A stretch of DNA of 31,328 nt from an uncultured virus (IMG/VR IMGVR_UViG_3300020458_000003) (Duplodnaviria; Heunggongvirae; Uroviricota; Caudoviricetes), in IMG/VR virus record IMGVR_UViG_3300020458_000003. One strand, given 5' to 3'. The first letter of the stretch is position 1; every line of letters begins with the position of its first letter. The notes beneath the pieces are model-generated. The model did no database searches. It was not told the origin of the DNA and worked only from the letters and a program-made list of their open reading frames with translations. This document shows, piece by piece, positions 24,851 to 31,328 of this stretch. The position numbers and the translations under genes were made by a program.

Positions 24851-26815
24851 CTATCGCCCATGAATTCTTTTGTGTCGGACCTGAGGGCGTTGTTTTTGCT
24901 CGGTCCGGTAAGATGCGGCGCCGCCCGTAGTCGACCTGGCATCTGTGTGGATCAGGTACCGAAGGGCATCCATGCAGTCGTCGTACTTTTTTAGTGGCTG
25001 TGGCTTGGCGGCCTTTGGATTCAATCCACGACCGGATGATTTCTCCCATCGATAGGTGAAAAACTCCTTGATCGTTTGCTTACACCAGCTCGCCACGCGA
25101 ATCTGTGGACCGATCAAGGGATGGACCTTTAAGCACTTCCGAACAGATTCGATCCCTTCGTAGACCCTATTGTTCGCTGTCGTGACCGGAATGCCGTTGC
25201 TGTTGAACTCACGAAACAGATCCGGCCTGGACGGGTCTCCGTAGCTCTGACGAAAACACGGGTGACCTACGATCCAAGGATACATTGCACATATCGCCTC
25301 ACAGTGATCCTTCCATAGCTTGCCTTGGTCTGTGCTGTGGTATTCTCCGTAAATATTCCAGATCCCAAGAGAGTCCTTGTATCCAAAAACTACAGCCAGT
25401 GGGTGGTCCTCGCTCGCACCCCAGTCAATACCTCTCTTGTGAATCACTTCCGCCCGTGGAATTGGCATGTCGTCCACTACATGTATCGCGCGGTTGAATG
25501 TCTGGTAGATCAGACCCTCGTAGGAAGCGAACGCGCCTGTTTTTCTCGTCTCCGTCATCTCCTGGCTGACGGAAGCAAAAAATTCATCAGACCAAGCCCG
25601 GCCAACTACACTATTCGGGTCGGCTACATTGGACTCCGTGTTGCAACGGTAGAATTTCCAGGTGGGGGGAACCTTGTCCTCGACAACCATTTCCTCAATC
25701 CAGTAGGTGAGGGTTGGATCGACAGGAGTCAGCTCGAAGAACTTCGATCCAGGGTAGTTGTACTCTCGGGTCGCCCTCATGATCTCCGTCAACAGCTCTC
25801 TAGGGAACGGTTCCGTGCAACAGAAGCCACCGATAGACTCGGCCGTCATAACAGCGGCGCCTTCAGCGAAAGACCGGAATTCAATACACCAGTTGCTCCT
25901 CTGATTTTCGCCTCGGCCCCTCGGCCATGGTAGGAGTGGGACGGATATCGGAAGAGCCTGCTTCTCTGAATGCCAGCGGATTCTCCGCCAATCCACTTCC
26001 GTCTGCGGGATGTGGCCGTGACCGTAGAGCTTTTCTTTCCAGAACGTTTTGATTGTCTGGTCGATTCTGGGGCCAACCACCCAAAACGGAGTATCGGGGC
26101 GAGGCGCCTCTTGGCGGTTCAGGACGAACTGCGCCAGCTTGTAGGCCGCAGCTTCACTGGTGCCAGAGTTATGATGGAAGACGCCAGCGCATAGATAGTT
26201 GTTGTTTCCAGGTACGTGAACGTCGTAGAAGTCATCTGTACGCACGTACTCAATGGAGTCAATATGGGTGGCAATCGACGCCCGTTCCCTACTTTTGAAT
26301 GCCTTTCCCTTGTCCTCTGGAGGAAATGCAGCGATGGCAAACAGGCAATCACCGGCGCGAAGCTCGCGAATTTGTCGCCATTCTTCATCCAGACAAAGTA
26401 CCCGGTGATGTAAAGTCGAAACAAAAGACTCGCCTGTCGAAAGACGAATGCGAAACAGCGGGGCAACGCCTTTCACAAACGGACGGGCACTCCGAGACCG
26501 TTCTAGATAGCGGTCACCCAGGCTCGAAACCCAGAAGGAAGAAGTGATTCTGTCGATGCGTCTCGACTGTCCAGAAACAGGATCAAACAGCTCCTGCTCT
26601 CCACCTAGACACGCATTTCCACCTAGAAGCCCAGCCACGCCAGGAACTTGATCTTCAACAAATGACTGCTGTTGGTCGTAGTTCTCTGGGTCGTCTGGTC
26701 GCGGACGAAATGTGCAGTAGAAGTTATTTTCTAACTCAGCTAGTAAATCCCTGGCTTCGGGGCAGTCAGCTAGCACCCTCGCCATTTCCGCCAGATCGAC
26801 CATTTCCGTTGCCAT
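24851..26815 (-). CDS. Terminase large subunit containing a mini-intein
   Basis: GGN-type P-loop region; C-terminal RNase-H-like nuclease motifs GIDWG, YGDPS and DDCMDALRY; lies between terS and the portal. Confidence 0.9.
   Translation of the reverse strand: MATEMVDLAEMARVLADCPEARDLLAELENNFYCTFRPRPDDPENYDQQQSFVEDQVPGVAGLLGGNACLGGEQELFDPVSGQSRRIDRITSSFWVSSLGDRYLERSRSARPFVKGVAPLFRIRLSTGESFVSTLHHRVLCLDEEWRQIRELRAGDCLFAIAAFPPEDKGKAFKSRERASIATHIDSIEYVRTDDFYDVHVPGNNNYLCAGVFHHNSGTSEAAAYKLAQFVLNRQEAPRPDTPFWVVGPRIDQTIKTFWKEKLYGHGHIPQTEVDWRRIRWHSEKQALPISVPLLPWPRGRGENQRSNWCIEFRSFAEGAAVMTAESIGGFCCTEPFPRELLTEIMRATREYNYPGSKFFELTPVDPTLTYWIEEMVVEDKVPPTWKFYRCNTESNVADPNSVVGRAWSDEFFASVSQEMTETRKTGAFASYEGLIYQTFNRAIHVVDDMPIPRAEVIHKRGIDWGASEDHPLAVVFGYKDSLGIWNIYGEYHSTDQGKLWKDHCEAICAMYPWIVGHPCFRQSYGDPSRPDLFREFNSNGIPVTTANNRVYEGIESVRKCLKVHPLIGPQIRVASWCKQTIKEFFTYRWEKSSGRGLNPKAAKPQPLKKYDDCMDALRYLIHTDARSTTGGAASYRTEQKQRPQVRHKRIHGR
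26168..26611 (-). mobile_element. Mini-intein (148 aa, no homing endonuclease) in the terminase Walker A region
   Basis: Starts CLGGEQEL; block B TLHHRV; block F FYDVHVPGNNNY; ends HN followed by extein Ser. Confidence 0.92.
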
Positions 26816-27539
26816 TTCCGTTATGAGTCAGCGAGCGACTGGCTGAGTGCTCTTCGTACAACTTTGCTAGACGCGACCTTGTCAGTTCCACCACTTCACT
26901 GGGCGTCTTGCCTGCCACACGGTGACGGCTAGAGACGTCCATCTTGATGTCCTGACGCTCCCTATACCGACTGGGAAGCATCCCCTTGAGAAGCGTCTGC
27001 ATCAGTGAATCGCTGTACTCATGTTCGACATAGGGGACCATCTTAACTTCAGTTTTACCCCTCTTGGTCTCATGCACCAAATCCCCGTTTCCATCGCGCA
27101 GTGGAATCATGATAGGTTTGCCCTGATGAAACCGCATCCTCACGACGCCGTCTTTTGCCCGACGGATTGCCTCACTTTCGATACTGTCTGCCGCCATCCT
27201 GCGCGCCATCTTGTATTTCGCGCGATAGTTCATATCAGTCCGGAGCCACTTGTCGTGAGACCATTGACTGATTCCAGACAAAAGCCGGGCCTTGCTTAAC
27301 TGTCCAGTAACCGCAATGACTTTCAGAAATGTCCGCTGATAGTCGGTACACCCAGTGAAGACCTCGCTAGGATCATCAGGGTCGTCTTCGCGGGTGATAT
27401 AGACCTGGACTCCGGTTTCTTCATTCACCACTGATGGTGGATTCTGTGGTTTTTTCTTACGCGGGCGTCCTGGTTTCTTCTTCTTTTTGGCTGCCCTAGG
27501 CGGGGGTGGTCGCTTTTTAACCATTACGGGTCCCACCAT
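26766..27539 (-). CDS. Probable terminase small subunit
   Basis: Overlaps terL; HTH-like segment then ADSIESEAIRRAKDGV...EYSDSLMQTLLKG..P.RYRE, typical of a TerS-like phage family. Confidence 0.75.
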   Translation of the reverse strand: MVGPVMVKKRPPPPRAAKKKKKPGRPRKKKPQNPPSVVNEETGVQVYITREDDPDDPSEVFTGCTDYQRTFLKVIAVTGQLSKARLLSGISQWSHDKWLRTDMNYRAKYKMARRMAADSIESEAIRRAKDGVVRMRFHQGKPIMIPLRDGNGDLVHETKRGKTEVKMVPYVEHEYSDSLMQTLLKGMLPSRYRERQDIKMDVSSRHRVAGKTPSEVVELTRSRLAKLYEEHSASRSLTHNGNGNGNGRSGGNGEGAS

Positions 27540-27802
27540 GCATCTTCTGAATCATGCACGACCAAAGAATGACCTTCTACCGCAATCATCCAAGCGCGTC
27601 CGACCTGCTCCTCCACCATACCACCTTTGGGAAATGGTGCGGAAGAACAATAGACCTGGATTATCTGACCCACTTCCGGTGTCGCATTGGGGTGGTAGGT
27701 GAACCGAGGTCTTTCGTTGACGGCCGCTGGAAGGTTCTGGGACTCTCGGTGCGACGCCACTACGGCTTCAATCTTCGCCTGCAGCTCGGGCGGGTACTTC
27801 AT
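27524..27802 (-). CDS. Hypothetical protein
   Basis: ATGA-coupled to the upstream gene; overlaps terS. Confidence 0.65.
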   Translation of the reverse strand: MKYPPELQAKIEAVVASHRESQNLPAAVNERPRFTYHPNATPEVGQIIQVYCSSAPFPKGGMVEEQVGRAWMIAVEGHSLVVHDSEDAWWDP

Positions 27803-28836
27803 TGTGAATCCACAGTTTCTAGGGACAGTATTTGGTCAATCAGCCATTCCCGCTTAGGACTTCCCTTGAATTGGATCTTGAGTTCCTCCCTAGCATGCAG
27901 CCGGAGTTGCTGGTAATCCCATTCCGAAAATTGAGAATACTTGTCGTCATTCGTGTCGTTGCCTAAGTCGACGGTGTCGCTACCTAGGTCGACGGTGTCG
28001 CTACCTAGGTCGACGGTGTCCGCCTCGGTGTTCATCGTGACTTCCGCGACCCCCAGGCCCATTGGCCTGCTTAGAGAAACAGAAGGGGCTTCCGTGCCCC
28101 CCTCGTTATCGCCTGCATTCTTTGCAGCCTCAAACGTCTGCCACTCCGCCGCCACGTCGTCTTCTGTTCGCTGTAGCATTTTGGCTGCCTGGCGAATAGT
28201 CATCCCAGGAAGAAGCCATAGCTCCTGCGATGTTTCAGGACATGGCTGGGATTCGGCGGCTGCCTCAGCGGCTGCCGACGTCATAGTGTCTCGCATGGAC
28301 TGGTAAGTTCGCCTGGCTTCTTCTGCATCTTTACCAGCCTCCACATCGTCCGGGTGGATGTAATCTGGTCCGATGACAGAACCCGGATTGTCGAGCTCCT
28401 GTTGGACCAGATGTGGGCGCCCAGTGCCATCTGCGTTTCTCAGGCCCCACATCCTCGCAATTTGCTCGTGTGGAACCACCTGCTTGTCTAGCTCTTTGAT
28501 CGATTCTCGGTACACGGGTTCCCCCGGCTGGCCGAGTTTGATGTGAATATCCTCTAGATGCTCGCGAGCGTGCCAAAACGCACTTGGAGGTTCGGGGGAA
28601 TCGCTAATATCGAACTCTACCGACTGCTTCGCTAAATTGAACACAGCCACCGAGAGCTGTCGGCAGTCGGCCGGAAGATTCCCTGACTGAAACAGGTTGA
28701 CCATGTCATTGAACGACCGCCAATAGGCCAAAGTCGGGTACCTGGCCGAGTTCTCCCGTGCGTTAGCCCAGTCATTGTGGATATCATTGAAACCACTCAC
28801 CGCACCGAACAGAACAGCACTTCGATCCATCGTCAT
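27799..28836 (-). CDS. Hypothetical protein with a C-terminal helix-extension-helix (Rho-N/SAP-like) motif
   Basis: ATG 28836 with a G-rich RBS; C-terminus YQQLRLHAREELKIQFKGSPKREWLIDQIL. Confidence 0.7.
   Translation of the reverse strand: MTMDRSAVLFGAVSGFNDIHNDWANARENSARYPTLAYWRSFNDMVNLFQSGNLPADCRQLSVAVFNLAKQSVEFDISDSPEPPSAFWHAREHLEDIHIKLGQPGEPVYRESIKELDKQVVPHEQIARMWGLRNADGTGRPHLVQQELDNPGSVIGPDYIHPDDVEAGKDAEEARRTYQSMRDTMTSAAAEAAAESQPCPETSQELWLLPGMTIRQAAKMLQRTEDDVAAEWQTFEAAKNAGDNEGGTEAPSVSLSRPMGLGVAEVTMNTEADTVDLGSDTVDLGSDTVDLGNDTNDDKYSQFSEWDYQQLRLHAREELKIQFKGSPKREWLIDQILSLETVDSQ
27958..28020. repeat. Three 21-bp in-frame tandem repeats (DTVDLGS/N)
   Basis: gctacctaggtcgacggtgtc twice plus one diverged copy; no spacers. 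Confidence 0.9.
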
Positions 28837-28904
28837 AACAATCAACCCCCTGGGCTTTAGTCCGTTACTCACCAATCGTTTCTTACCACATCCAACCCAC
28901 TTTG

Positions 28905-29213
28905 TCACACTGCCCGACCTCGACTCCTGCGACTCTGCTTTAAGTTCAGGCGTCCTACATGACTCTTGAAGCTCTCTCTTTCCTTTAAATCTCCTCGGTT
29001 ATTTTCTCTTGAAAGAACTGTTTTCAGGACGGCCAACTCTTCCGCTGTCATCCTCCACGTGGTTCCGTAACGGATGACTCGACCGCCCCTGCCGAGCATC
29101 GGAATACTGAATGTGTCCGGGCCACACCCCAAAAGACGGTTCAGCTCAGCATTGACCGCATCCCGCCGATTTGCTGGAACAGATGCAGACGCGTGGTGTG
29201 AAAAACGGGTCAT
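28905..29213 (-). CDS. Hypothetical protein
   Basis: ATGA-coupled to the upstream gene. Confidence 0.65.
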   Translation of the reverse strand: MTRFSHHASASVPANRRDAVNAELNRLLGCGPDTFSIPMLGRGGRVIRYGTTWRMTAEELAVLKTVLSRENNRGDLKERESFKSHVGRLNLKQSRRSRGRAV

Positions 29214-30214
29214 GCTACGTACCTGCGGTTCACGTAGTTTTCCAGTGTGGTCTTGTCATCTGCGGAGATGACCGGCGCATACGAAATATGTTCTGGGATC
29301 TTACCCTCGAAAAAATCCTCTTCGCTGGTGTGCTTCAGGGCGGCGTATGTTGTGTTGTCGAGGCCGGTTAAATCGGAGATCCCCTTGTACGTTCCTGTTT
29401 CCGTCAAGGTCTGCGTGACGTCGCCGACCTCGATTGCAATAGCCGAACCGGTGTCGGTAATCGTGATCGAATAAAAGGTCGATACGCTTAGGACTGTGTC
29501 ACCTGTCGCACGGTACACGGTCGCCGCATCATTCACCTCGACGTAGACATTCCCCGATGAATCAAGGCCAACACAGAAATAAGTGGTTGCAGTGCCAGTA
29601 TCGGACGTTGCAAAAATCACTTGATCCGCGGCGAACGCCGATGCCCCGGTCTTGATTGGCAAAGACAGCGTCAATGAAGCTGCCGCACTCAGGGGGGCAG
29701 AAGCCAGCTCTAAAAGGTGATTAGTGCCGTTAAATTCTAGTAATGTTCGGCCATTGATTCCGTTCGCACCAGTTCGGGCTGTTGGTCGCTTGGCCGCTGT
29801 CGCTTGAGTGAATAGCAAAGACGACCCCTCGCGAGACAGCCACTCAATCACGGCATCACCATCTCCAGGAGATCCTTGCGCAGCCGCCTCAGGCCCGTCA
29901 GCTACGGTAACGGTGTTGTTGTCGGTCAGGTCGTTTGAAGCGTGCGCCTCGACCGCATTTCCAGATGATTCGCTGAGGTTATTCCAGGCAACCAGCCCCC
30001 AGTCCGTCTTCTGTGTCGCCGTCAGCTGGCCGTATAGTATCCCATTCCCGGAGGCATAGGTGTCAGACACGAATCCGGCCGCGACAGTAGACACGTCCGT
30101 GGGCTTAGCCAGCGCAAACCGAGCCATGCGACCGTCTAGGTATTCAGCACCGATAGAAATTTCAGCCGCACCATCGACTGACAGCGTGTCCGTACCTATG
30201 TCTAAGACTGGCAT
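29210..30214 (-). CDS. Putative virion protein with a LamG/concanavalin-like beta-sandwich
   Basis: Rich in Thr, Ala, Gly and Ser; W-x-S...F-T-Q-A-T...RPT...NG...LEFNG..HLL and FFEGKIPE..Y...LENY patterns; AAGGAG RBS. Confidence 0.6.
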   Translation of the reverse strand: MPVLDIGTDTLSVDGAAEISIGAEYLDGRMARFALAKPTDVSTVAAGFVSDTYASGNGILYGQLTATQKTDWGLVAWNNLSESSGNAVEAHASNDLTDNNTVTVADGPEAAAQGSPGDGDAVIEWLSREGSSLLFTQATAAKRPTARTGANGINGRTLLEFNGTNHLLELASAPLSAAASLTLSLPIKTGASAFAADQVIFATSDTGTATTYFCVGLDSSGNVYVEVNDAATVYRATGDTVLSVSTFYSITITDTGSAIAIEVGDVTQTLTETGTYKGISDLTGLDNTTYAALKHTSEEDFFEGKIPEHISYAPVISADDKTTLENYVNRRYVA

Positions 30215-30225
30215 GACCTGACTCC

Positions 30226-30588
30226 TTAATTGCCGGTCGGAGCCTCAGCCTCTTGCTCTTGATCCGGCTCGCGTTCGGCGCGGCTTCTGGCATCTTCGAG
30301 GCATCGACTCAGAGGAACCGACACCGCAATCGTGAAAGGAGTTGTCCTGCAAGCCTCTTCTAGCAACTCAAAAGACCTTTGCTGAAGACGGACAGGCGCC
30401 CCCTCTGCACGAAATATCTGCATTCCAACGTCATACAGAGCATAGCCGTCTTTGCCGTCCTTCTGAGTCTGAGAGAGCAGCTTCATGAATGCATCGGCGA
30501 GAGTGAAGGGGCGGTCCCCGTCTGTTATGCTCTCGCCAGTGAAACTGACAAGGACAGTATCTAGATCGCGCAGGTGGAACGTTTTCAT
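30226..30588 (-). CDS. Hypothetical protein
   Basis: ATGA-coupled ORF. Confidence 0.7.
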   Translation of the reverse strand: MKTFHLRDLDTVLVSFTGESITDGDRPFTLADAFMKLLSQTQKDGKDGYALYDVGMQIFRAEGAPVRLQQRSFELLEEACRTTPFTIAVSVPLSRCLEDARSRAEREPDQEQEAEAPTGN

Positions 30589-30953
30589 TGCAGCGCGGAT
30601 CCAGAGTTAATAACCCCCTTCACTTCCGCGACCAACTCCTCGATTGTGTGTTCCGTGAATGTGCCCGTGTCACGTAGTTCAACCATTCGTCGCTGGGTGA
30701 TGATCGCAATTCCGACAAGGATAGAGCGCATCTCTTTGTCTGTATCGATTGCAAAGATGCTCGATGTCTTGATTCGTTCATCAGGAGTGTCTGCAAGAAT
30801 TTCTTCGGCAGTCATTGCTTCGTGAGTGATGTCATCCCATCCAGTCGGCCAGGAATCAGCCTCTAATACAATCCAATCCCCTGCAAGAGCCCTGCCTGTG
30901 TTGCCTGGAGGGGCTTGTTGTCCCGGTGTAAGTCTAAACTTAAACAGTGCCAT
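30585..30953 (-). CDS. Hypothetical protein
   Basis: Starts 1 nt after the upstream stop. Confidence 0.7.
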   Translation of the reverse strand: MALFKFRLTPGQQAPPGNTGRALAGDWIVLEADSWPTGWDDITHEAMTAEEILADTPDERIKTSSIFAIDTDKEMRSILVGIAIITQRRMVELRDTGTFTEHTIEELVAEVKGVINSGSALQ

Positions 30954-30954
30954 T

Positions 30955-31281
30955 TTATTGCTCTACATATCCAAGGGTGGCTATTTTTGACATCTCCGGC
31001 AACAGTCCACGCTCCGCCGCAAATGCGGCAGGGCAGTCCTTATACTTCTCGTACATAGCCCGAAGAAACGTACACTCCCATTGATTGAAATCGTGTGGAA
31101 CGACGTCATTTCCAACAGTCGTATGAGCCCTGAGTTTCTCGTCGCATTCTTTCAGGAAAGCTTCAATATCTAATTGCGCCATCCCTGAGGGGATACCCAA
31201 GTTTTGGAAATAGATGAAGTTTCCGTTATCCACGACCCCGCCTCGCGACCGTGCCGCACAAAGAGCTTGAGAGAAGGCCAT
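30955..31281 (-). CDS. Hypothetical protein
   Basis: ATG-started ORF abutting the next gene. Confidence 0.65.
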   Translation of the reverse strand: MAFSQALCAARSRGGVVDNGNFIYFQNLGIPSGMAQLDIEAFLKECDEKLRAHTTVGNDVVPHDFNQWECTFLRAMYEKYKDCPAAFAAERGLLPEMSKIATLGYVEQ

Positions 31282-31328
31282 AATAATATGATGCTTAGGC
31301 TCTTCCTCTTCTTCATCCTGTTCAGTGA

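Noticed and set aside
27958..28020. Tandem repeat as a possible CRISPR or guide array
   Set aside because: Only three contiguous 21-bp units with no spacers, in frame within a CDS, and no cas genes nearby.
1..31328. tRNA, rRNA, integrase or transposase genes
   Set aside because: No cloverleaf, rRNA or recombinase/transposase motifs were recognised by eye.

Overview
This window is part of a tailed (Caudoviricetes-type) phage or prophage genome. A PVC-superphylum host, probably Planctomycetota, is suggested by an SHD1-like exported protein and a small CAP-like protein. Most genes lie on the minus strand. From right to left: putative virion genes, terminase small subunit, terminase large subunit with a 148-aa mini-intein, a KTSC-domain protein, then a plus-strand DEDDh exonuclease and an internally deleted DNA-methyltransferase remnant. 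Three giant multi-domain ('polyvalent'-type) proteins occupy more than 16 kb. (A) 17410-22638 is a DUF935/Mu-gp29-like portal fused to an InPase-like domain, a Strawberry-notch-like SF2 helicase and the N-half of a nucleotidyltransferase. (B) 13186-17220 starts with the C-half of that nucleotidyltransferase and has an internal duplication, an ART-like domain and a C-terminal membrane anchor. (C) <1-6953 is a >2300-aa ORF missing from the ORF track because it runs off the window. It strings together ADP-ribosyltransferase-like, GNAT, kinase-like, MutS-I-like and SAM-methyltransferase domains. All three are punctuated by a shared Tyr-centred/HPR-x-x-x-GKF linker, which is duplicated at the DNA level around one module, suggesting a cassette-shuffled, possibly protease-processed, virion-delivered effector system. 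Between B and C lie a UvrD-like helicase, a Dam-like methylase, a DUF1064 nuclease, small genes and a roughly 520-nt, extensively base-paired non-coding segment that is a candidate large structured RNA. All domain calls come from motif recognition by eye; no database searches were run.
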